Positions 1 to 10,788 of a DNA stretch of 64,000 nt are shown piece after piece. The notes beneath the pieces were generated by a model, which made no database searches, had not been told where the DNA came from, and was given only the letters and a program-made list of their open reading frames with translations. Source of the stretch: Escherichia coli. Its GTDB lineage: Bacteria > Pseudomonadota > Gammaproteobacteria > Enterobacterales > Enterobacteriaceae. Positions within the stretch are counted from its first letter, which is position 1; each line of letters starts with the position of its first letter. The position numbers were made by a program, and so were the translations under genes. The DNA is taken from NCBI RefSeq assembly GCF_013122565.1, contig NZ_CP053258.1; one strand, 5' to 3'.

Positions 1-84
1 TAAGTTTTCAGATAGCGCCTCTCTTAATGCCGCTGCGATCGGGTATACTCGGGCGGCAATCTGGGATTTCCGGGGGGAGACAAT

Positions 85-2073
85 TTGCGCGTAAGTCGCT
101 CGTTAACAATCAAGCAGATGGCAATGGTGGCAGCCGTTGTCCTGGTGTTCGTTTTTATTTTTTGCACCGTTTTGCTGTTCCATCTGGTCCAGCAGAATCG
201 CTATAACACGGCTACGCAACTGGAAAGCATTGCTCGCTCTGTCCGCGAACCCTTATCTTCAGCTATTTTGAAAGGCGATATTCCCGAAGCGGAAGCTATT
301 CTTGCCAGCATTAAACCGGCTGGCGTGGTCAGCCGTGCCGATGTAGTGCTGCCTAACCAGTTCCAGGCGCTGCGTAAAAGATTTATTCCAGAGCGTCCGG
401 TGCCGGTAATGGTTACTCGCCTGTTTGAGCTACCGGTTCAAATCTCGCTGGGCGTCTACTCGCTCGAACGTCCGGCAAATCCGCAGCCAATTGCCTATCT
501 GGTGCTACAGGCGGATTCCTTCCGTATGTATAAGTTCGTGATGAGCACCCTCTCAACGTTAGTGACCATTTACTTACTTTTGTCGCTTATCCTGACCGTC
601 GCCATCAGCTGGTGTATTAATCGACTGATTTTACATCCGTTACGCAATATTGCTCGCGAACTTAACGCCATCCCTGCCCAGGAGCTTGTTGGTCACCAAC
701 TGGCATTACCACGTCTGCATCAGGATGATGAAATCGGTATGTTGGTGCGCAGTTACAACCTTAACCAGCAATTGCTGCAGCGCCATTATGAAGAACAGAA
801 CGAAAATGCGATGCGCTTCCCGGTGTCGGATTTGCCGAACAAAGCCTTGCTGATGGAGATGCTGGAGCAGGTTGTCGCGCGTAAACAAACCACCGCGCTG
901 ATGATCATCACCTGTGAAACCCTGCGTGATACTGCGGGCGTGCTGAAAGAGGCGCAACGAGAAATTCTGCTGCTGACGCTGGTGGAAAAACTCAAATCGG
1001 TACTGTCGCCACGTATGATCCTCGCGCAGATTAGCGGTTATGACTTTGCTGTCATTGCCAATGGTGTACAGGAACCGTGGCACGCAATCACCTTAGGTCA
1101 GCAAGTGCTCACTATCATGAGCGAGCGCCTGCCGATTGAACGTATTCAACTCCGTCCGCACTGTAGCATTGGCGTGGCGATGTTCTACGGCGATCTCACC
1201 GCCGAACAGCTTTACAGTCGCGCTATTTCTGCGGCATTTACCGCTCGCCATAAAGGCAAGAATCAGATTCAGTTCTTTGATCCGCAGCAGATGGAAGCCG
1301 CCCAGAAGCGGTTGACGGAAGAGAGCGATATCCTTAATGCACTGGAAAATCATCAGTTTGCTATTTGGTTACAGCCACAGGTCGAGATGACCAGCGGTAA
1401 ACTGGTCAGTGCGGAAGTGTTACTGCGTATCCAGCAACCGGATGGCAGTTGGGACCTGCCGGATGGCTTAATCGATCGCATTGAGTGCTGTGGGCTGATG
1501 GTTACCGTCGGTCACTGGGTGCTGGAAGAGTCCTGTCGATTGCTTGCAGCCTGGCAAGAGCGCGGCATTATGCTGCCCTTGTCGGTAAACCTCTCTGCGC
1601 TGCAACTGATGCACCCAAATATGGTGGCGGATATGCTGGAACTGTTAACCCGCTATCGCATTCAGCCGGGAACACTGATTCTGGAAGTGACAGAAAGCCG
1701 ACGTATTGACGACCCTCATGCTGCGGTGGCAATCCTCCGTCCGCTGCGCAATGCCGGAGTTCGGGTGGCGCTGGATGATTTCGGCATGGGCTACGCAGGG
1801 CTGCGTCAGCTGCAGCATATGAAATCGTTGCCAATCGACGTACTGAAAATCGACAAAATGTTTGTTGAAGGCTTGCCGGAAGATAGCAGCATGATTGCTG
1901 CAATTATCATGCTGGCGCAGAGCCTGAACTTACAAATGATTGCCGAAGGCGTGGAGACTGAAGCACAACGCGACTGGCTGGCAAAAGCGGGCGTTGGTAT
2001 TGCCCAGGGCTTCCTTTTTGCTCGCCCACTCCCTATTGAAATCTTCGAAGAGAGTTACCTGGAAGAAAAGTAG
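85..2073 (+). CDS. pdeK: c-di-GMP phosphodiesterase PdeK (YhjK), membrane-anchored HAMP / degenerate GGDEF / EAL protein
   Basis: 662-aa ORF with hydrophobic N-terminus; C-terminal EAL-type domain (EVLLR variant); no canonical GGDEF motif; position upstream of dctA. Start uncertain: ORF opens with TTG at 85, first ATG at 118. Confidence 0.85.
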   Translation: MRVSRSLTIKQMAMVAAVVLVFVFIFCTVLLFHLVQQNRYNTATQLESIARSVREPLSSAILKGDIPEAEAILASIKPAGVVSRADVVLPNQFQALRKRFIPERPVPVMVTRLFELPVQISLGVYSLERPANPQPIAYLVLQADSFRMYKFVMSTLSTLVTIYLLLSLILTVAISWCINRLILHPLRNIARELNAIPAQELVGHQLALPRLHQDDEIGMLVRSYNLNQQLLQRHYEEQNENAMRFPVSDLPNKALLMEMLEQVVARKQTTALMIITCETLRDTAGVLKEAQREILLLTLVEKLKSVLSPRMILAQISGYDFAVIANGVQEPWHAITLGQQVLTIMSERLPIERIQLRPHCSIGVAMFYGDLTAEQLYSRAISAAFTARHKGKNQIQFFDPQQMEAAQKRLTEESDILNALENHQFAIWLQPQVEMTSGKLVSAEVLLRIQQPDGSWDLPDGLIDRIECCGLMVTVGHWVLEESCRLLAAWQERGIMLPLSVNLSALQLMHPNMVADMLELLTRYRIQPGTLILEVTESRRIDDPHAAVAILRPLRNAGVRVALDDFGMGYAGLRQLQHMKSLPIDVLKIDKMFVEGLPEDSSMIAAIIMLAQSLNLQMIAEGVETEAQRDWLAKAGVGIAQGFLFARPLPIEIFEESYLEEK

Positions 2074-2219
2074 CTACCCCAAACTGATTACAAAACTTTA
2101 AAAAGTGCTGGTTTGTGCGAGCCAGCTCAAACTTTTTAACCTTTTTGTTTCAATTATGATCCAGGTACATTTCTGTGATGTTGTCTGGGTGTTATTTTAA
2201 GGCCGCAGGTACCCCATAA

Positions 2220-3542
<1,323 letters not shown>

Positions 3543-3556
3543 TCTCATCACTTATG

Positions 3557-3588
3557 CCCGCACTCCCTTCCCCGAGTGCGGGTGTTTG
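3557..3588 (+). terminator. Putative intrinsic terminator of dctA
   Basis: GC stem cccgcactc / gagtgcggg with 8-nt loop followed by tgtttg, 15 nt after the dctA stop. Confidence 0.5.
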
Positions 3589-3762
3589 CGCATAATTGAC
3601 CCCTGTGCCTGAACTTACCACCTGGGTGAGTTCAGGTTTATTTCACTTCTTCCGTGACATTTTCATGTTCTTGCGGTCTAACACGAAGTGTTTTTAACGT
3701 CATTTAGACTGACCGACAACGGGCAGTTTTTTTATTACCAGGATAGTTGATCAGGGGTTCAC

Positions 3763-5259
3763 ATGCAGGGCACAAAAATTCGACTTTTAGCGGGCGGTTT
3801 GCTGATGATGGCCACTGCTGGCTATGTGCAGGCAGATGCGCTCCAGCCTGATCCAGCATGGCAACAGGGGACGCTTTCCAACGGTTTACAGTGGCAAGTG
3901 CTGACCACCCCCCAGCGTCCCAGCGATCGTGTTGAAATTCGCCTGCTGGTTAATACCGGTTCGCTCGCCGAAAGTACACAACAGAGCGGGTACAGTCACG
4001 CCATCCCTCGTATTGCGCTAACGCAAAGCGGTGGCCTTGACGCAGCACAGGCGCGTTCATTGTGGCAGCAGGGGATCGACCCTAAACGCCCTATGCCGCC
4101 GGTAATTGTCTCTTATGACACCACGCTGTTTAATCTGAGTTTGCCCAATAACCGTAACGACTTGCTGAAAGAAGCGCTCTCTTATCTGGCAAATGCCACT
4201 GGCAAACTGACCATCACACCAGAAACCATCAACCACGCGCTGCAAAGTCAGGACATGGTGGCAACCTGGCCTGCCGATACTAAAGAGGGCTGGTGGCGTT
4301 ATCGTCTGAAAGGATCAACCCTGTTAGGTCACGATCCTGCCGATCCGCTGAAACAACCCGTTGAAGCGGAAAAAATTAAAGATTTCTATCAGAAATGGTA
4401 CACCCCGGATGCAATGACGCTGCTGGTGGTGGGAAACGTTGATGCGCGCTCGGTCGTCGACCAAATCAACAAAACGTTTGGCGAACTGAAAGGCAAACGT
4501 GAAACGCCAGCTCCGGTGCCGACGCTTTCTCCGCTGCGTGCGGAAGCGGTGAGTATTATGACTGACGCGGTGCGTCAGGACCGGTTATCTATCATGTGGG
4601 ATACGCCGTGGCAGCCGATTCGTGAATCAGCCGCACTGCTGCGCTACTGGCGTGCGGACCTGGCCCGTGAGGCGCTGTTCTGGCATGTTCAGCAAGCGTT
4701 AAGCGCCAGTAACAGCAAAGACATCGGTCTTGGATTTGACTGCCGTGTGCTGTATCTGCGTGCGCAGTGTGCCATCAACATCGAATCACCAAACGACAAG
4801 CTGAACAGCAACCTTAATCTGGTGGCGCGTGAACTGGCGAAGGTTCGCGATAAAGGTCTGCCGGAAGAAGAGTTCAATGCGTTAGTGGCGCAAAAGAAAC
4901 TGGAGCTGCAGAAACTGTTTGCCGCCTATGCGCGAGCTGATACCGATATTCTGATGGGCCAGCGGATGCGTTCGTTGCAAAATCAGGTTGTCGATATCGC
5001 GCCGGAGCAATATCAGAAACTGCGCCAGGATTTCCTTAATAGCCTGACGGTAGAGATGTTAAATCAGGATCTGCGTCAGCAGTTGTCGAATGATATGGCA
5101 TTAATACTGCTGCAGCCTAAAGGCGAGCCGGAATTTAACATGAAAGCGTTGCAGGCGGCCTGGGATCAAATCATGGCCCCATCTACCGCCGCTGCGACCA
5201 CCTCTGTCGCCACGGATGACGTACATCCTGAAGTTTCGGATATTCCACCCGCACAGTAA
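3763..5259 (+). CDS. yhjJ: YhjJ, periplasmic M16-peptidase-family protein (probably non-catalytic)
   Basis: 498-aa ORF with N-terminal signal peptide (MQGTKIRLLAGGLLMMATAGYVQA); M16-like N-terminal region reads SHAIPR where active enzymes have HxxEH. Confidence 0.85.
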   Translation: MQGTKIRLLAGGLLMMATAGYVQADALQPDPAWQQGTLSNGLQWQVLTTPQRPSDRVEIRLLVNTGSLAESTQQSGYSHAIPRIALTQSGGLDAAQARSLWQQGIDPKRPMPPVIVSYDTTLFNLSLPNNRNDLLKEALSYLANATGKLTITPETINHALQSQDMVATWPADTKEGWWRYRLKGSTLLGHDPADPLKQPVEAEKIKDFYQKWYTPDAMTLLVVGNVDARSVVDQINKTFGELKGKRETPAPVPTLSPLRAEAVSIMTDAVRQDRLSIMWDTPWQPIRESAALLRYWRADLAREALFWHVQQALSASNSKDIGLGFDCRVLYLRAQCAINIESPNDKLNSNLNLVARELAKVRDKGLPEEEFNALVAQKKLELQKLFAAYARADTDILMGQRMRSLQNQVVDIAPEQYQKLRQDFLNSLTVEMLNQDLRQQLSNDMALILLQPKGEPEFNMKALQAAWDQIMAPSTAAATTSVATDDVHPEVSDIPPAQ

Positions 5260-5266
5260 TAAATAA

Positions 5267-5298
5267 CCCGGCAGCGTTTCTTCTGCGCTGCCGGGATT
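5267..5298 (+). terminator. Putative hairpin terminator after yhjJ
   Basis: Stem cccggcagcg / cgctgccggg directly after the yhjJ stop; weak T tract. Confidence 0.4.
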
Positions 5299-5457
5299 AA
5301 CGGTAATGAATAAGTTGCCGTGATATACCCGCAGAGATTTTTCCAGGCACGGCGGTAGCGTGCAGATAACCATTCATTATTAGAATAAACTTACGGCTGT
5401 GTGAGTTTAATTATTTATTGGCTGAATAAATTGCCAGGAAATAGATGGTGTTAAATA

Positions 5458-5718
5458 ATGGCCTATCATATAGAAATATGGGAAATTGAAGAAACTGATA
5501 AAGTAGTAAAATATGAATTTGGACCTATATCTTCTGACTATTGTAGATCTGATTACGGCGAGTTCGTGATAGATAAAAGAACGGGGGAGATGACATTAGT
5601 CAGACTGGTTAAAAACGATTCGGCTAATAAATTTTATTTGCGAGCGAGTTTTAAGATTCTGACCTGTTGGCGAAAGGGCTATTTGCCAAAAACAAGGAAT
5701 GAGCTTCTTAATAAGTAA
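5458..5718 (+). CDS. Hypothetical small protein (86 aa), AT-rich accessory ORF
   Basis: ATG-initiated ORF, very low GC, first of five co-directional small ORFs; no family recognised. Confidence 0.4.
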   Translation: MAYHIEIWEIEETDKVVKYEFGPISSDYCRSDYGEFVIDKRTGEMTLVRLVKNDSANKFYLRASFKILTCWRKGYLPKTRNELLNK

Positions 5719-5779
5719 CTTTGCATAATAAGTGAATTTTCCCATTTTTGGGGGGCAGTCGTTGATTCTTACACAGTTT

Positions 5780-6028
5780 ATGTTATGGGTGCAGAAAAAC
5801 ACTGGGCATAATATTAAAAGCAATGCCAATACCTTATCAACCAGCATAGTTATTGATTTTGATAATGATATCCATATTGCCAGATTTACAGGTTGGGATG
5901 ATTTAAGTTGTATGTCAGAAGTTATATGCGTTGAATCGGGTGATTATAAATTAAATCAGCGAAATGAATTCCATACTTATGATTCGCTAAGGATAATATT
6001 TGATGCTTTAATAGAAAGCATACAGTAA
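5780..6028 (+). CDS. Hypothetical small protein (about 82 aa from first ATG; 98 aa if non-ATG start at 5732)
   Basis: ORF in the same AT-rich cluster; start codon unclear and no convincing RBS. Confidence 0.3.
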   Translation: MLWVQKNTGHNIKSNANTLSTSIVIDFDNDIHIARFTGWDDLSCMSEVICVESGDYKLNQRNEFHTYDSLRIIFDALIESIQ

Positions 6029-6088
6029 CTTTTTTCTTAGTAAGAAAATAATATACACGAGTATATCTAATTAAATTTAGGATAGGCT

Positions 6089-6568
6089 ATGGATTTTCAC
6101 CTGGATATTTTGCTCCCTACACGTTTCGCTCCAGAGGAACTAGATCTACAAGAGGTTATGGTTCACTGGGGTGGGGAAACCTTTCATCGCGACCCTCCTG
6201 TATACGCCTGGTGTAATCATTATCTCTTGCAGAGATGTAATATACCGATTACTTATGGCCAACCTTTAGATGAGCACATAGACTTTAATGAATACCATAT
6301 TTACAACTTCAATGGTTCTATAGTCGATGAGCTGGAAATGGCTGTGAATAAAGGAAAGGATATTTCAACCGATCCTATAATTAAAATTATTAACAACCTG
6401 ATTAGCAAAAAGTACAGGGGGTGGTTAATCTTGTCATTAGATGATGAAAAAATAGAAGTAATTAAAAATATAAGTTCCCAGTGTTCTTTTCAATCGTTAT
6501 TAGTTGATGGACTAAAATGGGAAAGACCACATGGGGTGGCAATATTATATAATTCACACTTAATTTAA
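6089..6568 (+). CDS. Hypothetical protein (159 aa), AT-rich accessory ORF
   Basis: ATG start preceded by aggatagg RBS-like sequence; no recognised motifs. Confidence 0.45.
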   Translation: MDFHLDILLPTRFAPEELDLQEVMVHWGGETFHRDPPVYAWCNHYLLQRCNIPITYGQPLDEHIDFNEYHIYNFNGSIVDELEMAVNKGKDISTDPIIKIINNLISKKYRGWLILSLDDEKIEVIKNISSQCSFQSLLVDGLKWERPHGVAILYNSHLI

Positions 6569-6585
6569 TTAATGAAAGGAAACAT

Positions 6586-6888
6586 ATGTATCGTGCAAAG
6601 GTTGTTTGGCTTACAGATAAAGAAGGTGGTAGAAGGAGCGCTCCTCCCATCGGTAGATACTATCCCGTCTCCAGATTTCCAGAGGAGCAAACTGACTGGC
6701 AAAATAATGCATGGAGTGTTGTTTTTGAATTGGAAAAACCTAATGTAACCGATGGACGTATCGTTTCAATGGGGGGCGTTCAGTTCCTTTTCGATACTGC
6801 CCCTGCACAATGGATGACTAAGTACGAGGCATTTGAAATCTACGAAGGACCAAGAAAAGTCGCAGATGTATTCTTGATAGAAAATTAA
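6586..6888 (+). CDS. Hypothetical protein (100 aa)
   Basis: ATG start preceded by aaaggaaa RBS; 17 nt after the previous ORF stop, suggesting an operon. Confidence 0.45.
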   Translation: MYRAKVVWLTDKEGGRRSAPPIGRYYPVSRFPEEQTDWQNNAWSVVFELEKPNVTDGRIVSMGGVQFLFDTAPAQWMTKYEAFEIYEGPRKVADVFLIEN

Positions 6889-6948
6889 TTTTATTTATGT
6901 CAGTCAATTTAAGCATATTTGCGACTCAACGCATGTTCAGGAGTGTAA

Positions 6949-7482
6949 ATGCGCTACAAAAAAGTCATGCTATTATTGCTAACAGTCATTCTTTGCTTAA
7001 CCGGTCTTTATTCCTGCAACAAAAATTTTCTCTTACTCTGGGATGCCAATAATATTTATGTCAGTACAAAAAATAATATCGATAAAGACAAGGTGAAAAT
7101 AGAATTCGGCATCAGCGTCAACACGATCAACCGAGAAACGGATGCCGAATTATTTGCTGACAGAGATAAGTATACCGTGCTCTTCGATGGTAGCCTGAAA
7201 AGCAAGATGATAAACGAGTACGGCGAAAATGATTTTTTAATTACCTACGATGACCGCTGCTATTTATCATTTCGTCAATTTAAAACCAATCGTCGTCATC
7301 AACATGACTATTATTTTTACTTCTTTAACAAGGATGGGAATGTCTTCGTCACGGTCGAAATTAAAGGTGAGAACCCGCTTAAATTTACACGTAGTTTAAA
7401 TGATATGCGTCAGCAGTTTTCACCATTCCGTAAGGGTAGCACTTCTCACTCCTGCAAGGTTATTTCTTCAGATCCTTCTTAA
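6949..7482 (+). CDS. Hypothetical putative lipoprotein (177 aa)
   Basis: ATG with aggagtg RBS; N-terminal signal-like sequence ending LTGLYSC (lipobox-like cysteine); 3' end overlaps the convergent lipoprotein gene by about 23 nt. Confidence 0.45.
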   Translation: MRYKKVMLLLLTVILCLTGLYSCNKNFLLLWDANNIYVSTKNNIDKDKVKIEFGISVNTINRETDAELFADRDKYTVLFDGSLKSKMINEYGENDFLITYDDRCYLSFRQFKTNRRHQHDYYFYFFNKDGNVFVTVEIKGENPLKFTRSLNDMRQQFSPFRKGSTSHSCKVISSDPS

Positions 7483-9502
7483 ACACTGGTTCTGGACAAT
7501 CACGACCAAAATGCGCAGCCCAGTCAAAAAATTTACCGTTTTTCACGTAGCGTTGATAAATTAATGCACCGGTTTCTGGATCAAGATATCTGACCCAACT
7601 TGCAGCATGGCATAAGACGGCAGCCCATGCTTGGGTTTTAGGGTGAAGTAAATAGGCAGATTGTTCGGCCCATTCCGCAGCCTGCCAGCGGTAATGCAAA
7701 AAGTGATCATCAGCGGTGGGGATCGCGTGGCGAATACGTTTATTTTCTTTACGACTTATCCATTGATCGTTATTGCTGTATTCAAAGGGGGACGAATATT
7801 GCCCGCTGGTAATGGCATAATCGGGATACATTTCATAAGCCACTAATTCGATACCACTGAAACGCAAAAGCCGCGCAGCTTCGTATTGTGCCTGGGCGCG
7901 TTGCTTATCAGGGATGTTTTTATTTTTCGCTATCGCCATTAAATCAGCCAGTTTTTGTGCGGCCTGGCGATAATTGGGAATATCAAACCAATTGATGGCC
8001 TGCTGATATTGACCATGACGTATTAATCGTCTCCCTAATAGCGCACGTAATTTAACATCCGTTGGAATGATATCTGGCGAAATATAATAACCGTAATTGC
8101 TATTGTTTAAATCTACAGGTTTTAAAGGGTGCTGAGGTGCCGGTACGTTGTTTTCAACAAACGCCTGTAACTCCGGCAAGGTCAAAACGTTTTCTGCAAC
8201 CCAGGCTAAATCGGCCCAATAGAGATCTTTCGCCTGGTAAAACAATGCAGCCGCCTGAAGATAATCATCGCGTTTTAATGCTAAAATCGCCTGCTCACTG
8301 GCAATACGGCAAGATGGGATAGTAACTTTATCTCCATGATAATAAGGGCTTTCCTGGTCCATACTTCCCCACATTTCATCGGTCGGGAACAGCGGGACTG
8401 CGCGAGCATAGTGACGCGTTGCCAGTGGAATATCTCCGGCTCGTAATGCCATTTTTGCTTTTAACCATTCGCTTAATCCACTTTCTGGCGCATCCTCCAA
8501 CAGCGTTTGTGCTAACGAATAATTTCCTGCCCGATACGCCAGTGCTGCCAGTCGATCGCTATAACTAAATCCTTTAACTCTGTGTTGACTTAGCAACTTA
8601 ATTAAACGGTCGCGATGCGTTGGACAGGTATAATCTACAAGGTCTTCAGTACAGGCTTCGCTAACATACCCCCAGTCATGACGAATAAAGAGCTCTGCGA
8701 TTACCAGTTGCTGAACCAGTGGATCATCAATAACCGATTCCAGCAGTGGTAAATTTTTCTCCCTGGTTAGATATAGCGAAATCATTCGTAACGAAGCTTT
8801 CCCGGAGGGCGAACCCTGGGCCGCTTGCCGGGCATAAATTTTTACTGCCGCAGCGACATCACCTTTTTTCAGATAATAATGCCCAATCTGACCGAGACTG
8901 GCGAGAGAGAGCTGCTCAGGATCGGCTGCGCCATTACGGACCTCTTCAATGATTTGCTGATAACGTTGTATGGCCTGCTCAGCAATTTCCTGATTAAAGC
9001 CGCCTTTATTGATTATAAGATCGAGATTGTCGTCAGTGGCATCAAATCCCCCTCTTGCCAGACTATATAGCGCAGCAAGACGCCATTCCCCTTGCTCTGT
9101 TTTCGGTAAGGCTAATAATTGCTGAAAGTAAGGGCTATCGTATTTTCCCTGATGAAAATCCTTAGCTCCTGAATAATAAAGCCACTGCGCATCAGATAAT
9201 GGTTTCTGCAATTTTTGCGCGATTTCCAGTGACCTATTTTGCACAGGAGACTCAGCATCATCATCTGTATTTTCCTGCGTTGCCTCCGCGGGCGTATTTT
9301 CATGCCATATTGGTAAACCAGGATCGCGTTTAGCCAACTGTTGTACTTCAAAGACAAAACTGCCATTTGGCATTTCCAGCAGTGCGCTATTGCGGTCAGT
9401 TAACAGATGGTTAGGAATAAATGGTCCACAGGCATTAACATTGGCGCTAATTAGTGAGAGAAATACAATAACGGAAATCCGCGATCTATTAGGGGATAAC
9501 AT
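7460..9502 (-). CDS. Putative outer-membrane/periplasmic lipoprotein with TPR/Sel1-like helical repeats (about 681 aa)
   Basis: Long ORF; most plausible start is the ATG preceded by aaggagag RBS giving MLSPNRSRISVIVFLSLISANVNAC (signal peptide plus lipobox-like Cys); several degenerate A/Y/L-rich helical repeats. Function unknown. Confidence 0.6.
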   Translation of the reverse strand: MLSPNRSRISVIVFLSLISANVNACGPFIPNHLLTDRNSALLEMPNGSFVFEVQQLAKRDPGLPIWHENTPAEATQENTDDDAESPVQNRSLEIAQKLQKPLSDAQWLYYSGAKDFHQGKYDSPYFQQLLALPKTEQGEWRLAALYSLARGGFDATDDNLDLIINKGGFNQEIAEQAIQRYQQIIEEVRNGAADPEQLSLASLGQIGHYYLKKGDVAAAVKIYARQAAQGSPSGKASLRMISLYLTREKNLPLLESVIDDPLVQQLVIAELFIRHDWGYVSEACTEDLVDYTCPTHRDRLIKLLSQHRVKGFSYSDRLAALAYRAGNYSLAQTLLEDAPESGLSEWLKAKMALRAGDIPLATRHYARAVPLFPTDEMWGSMDQESPYYHGDKVTIPSCRIASEQAILALKRDDYLQAAALFYQAKDLYWADLAWVAENVLTLPELQAFVENNVPAPQHPLKPVDLNNSNYGYYISPDIIPTDVKLRALLGRRLIRHGQYQQAINWFDIPNYRQAAQKLADLMAIAKNKNIPDKQRAQAQYEAARLLRFSGIELVAYEMYPDYAITSGQYSSPFEYSNNDQWISRKENKRIRHAIPTADDHFLHYRWQAAEWAEQSAYLLHPKTQAWAAVLCHAASWVRYLDPETGALIYQRYVKNGKFFDWAAHFGRDCPEPVFKKDLKK

Positions 9503-10694
9503 TGAACTCTCCTTGTATTTTTTTATTGCAGCGCGCCCATCCCAGCGGACTGCTTTCTCCGGCACGCAGCTGCCTGTCGCTTATCCTTACAAAATGCAGG
9601 CTGGATGAGCCAGGTTGCACCTGATAGTGGCTTACTCCATCAGCGAATAGACAATCTGCATTGGGCAGAATTATTTGTTTTGGCAACGGCGCATCAATTA
9701 CGCCGCTGTTTTTAAAGGCCAGATCAAAAAGTTGCTTGTCTGTATGTTGAGTAATTATTAACGACCAGCGCGGAGTCAGCGGTTGATGTCGAATCACGGC
9801 TTCCAGTGTTGTCAGTGACCAGGCGCGGCGATCGCCTGCTAACGGTAGCCGAAACCATACCAACCCCTGTAATCCACGCGGTGGTTGCTGTTCTATATAT
9901 TGAATAAACTCGGCAATCGTTTGTGGAGATACACTTAGTTCTTGCATTTCATCAGCAACGTATAGCGGGGATTCGCTTTCGACACGATTATCACTGGTGA
10001 GTGCGGAGCCATAAGCGGGCAATGCGATGAAAAAAGGGTGCGTGGTTTGCCTGGCATATTGCTTTACCCAACGCTGCGCCAGACTGACATCTAACAGGCC
10101 TTTTTCGGGCGACAGCACGTTATGTACCTGGAAAACCGAAGTGTCCGCAATCCGCAATAATCGAGCGAGATGTGGTGATTCAAGCCAGGTGGGCAGGGCG
10201 GTAACGCTGAGTTTTAGATTTGTGGGAAGTGCCTGATGTAACGCACTAAGTAGGGTCTGATATTCCGGCAATTTTGCTGTTGGCGCGTCATAATCAATTT
10301 CCACCCCTGCCAGTGTAATACCTGCGTTTTGCCACTCACGTTGGGTTTGTTGAATATGCTGTATTATTTGCTGGTTATTAAGCCCTGTTAGCTGACCATC
10401 GAGTCGCGCGACCAGCCAGACCGGGCGACCATCCTGCTTAATAAGCGAAGTATTCACCGCAAAATGTCGGATGCCTTCCTGTAGATGAAATTGCATCCCG
10501 AGTATGCGCAGTGTAGAAAAAAGTGAACGGCTTTGTTTTAGAGCGCTGGTATGTTCTGCTGTCCATACACGTTGCCAGATATAGGCTTGCTGATCAAAGC
10601 GAAGCGGCTGTGAGGGGGTAAATAAATTATGCAGCCCATAACCCAGGCAGATCAGAAGAAGTGAAGCTGCAATAATCCTTTTGCAAGATGGCAT
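9489..10694 (-). CDS. Putative secreted or membrane-anchored protein (401 aa), DUF3142-like by recollection
   Basis: ORF with N-terminal hydrophobic segment (RIIAASLLLICLGYGL); stop overlaps the start of the downstream lipoprotein gene by about 14 nt, suggesting translational coupling. Confidence 0.6.
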   Translation of the reverse strand: MPSCKRIIAASLLLICLGYGLHNLFTPSQPLRFDQQAYIWQRVWTAEHTSALKQSRSLFSTLRILGMQFHLQEGIRHFAVNTSLIKQDGRPVWLVARLDGQLTGLNNQQIIQHIQQTQREWQNAGITLAGVEIDYDAPTAKLPEYQTLLSALHQALPTNLKLSVTALPTWLESPHLARLLRIADTSVFQVHNVLSPEKGLLDVSLAQRWVKQYARQTTHPFFIALPAYGSALTSDNRVESESPLYVADEMQELSVSPQTIAEFIQYIEQQPPRGLQGLVWFRLPLAGDRRAWSLTTLEAVIRHQPLTPRWSLIITQHTDKQLFDLAFKNSGVIDAPLPKQIILPNADCLFADGVSHYQVQPGSSSLHFVRISDRQLRAGESSPLGWARCNKKIQGEFNVIP

Positions 10695-10788
10695 ATTGTC
10701 ACGGCATAACGATCATCAACAGGGCGGTAGTGTACTGCCGAAACTATTAACGGAGAACGAATATCTACCCGTTCTCCGTCAAAAACCA

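Noticed and set aside
5732-5779. N-terminal 16 codons of the 98-aa ORF
   Set aside because: The ORF opens with a non-ATG codon and no RBS; the first ATG is at about 5780, so the extension is doubtful. Even the shortened ORF is low-confidence.
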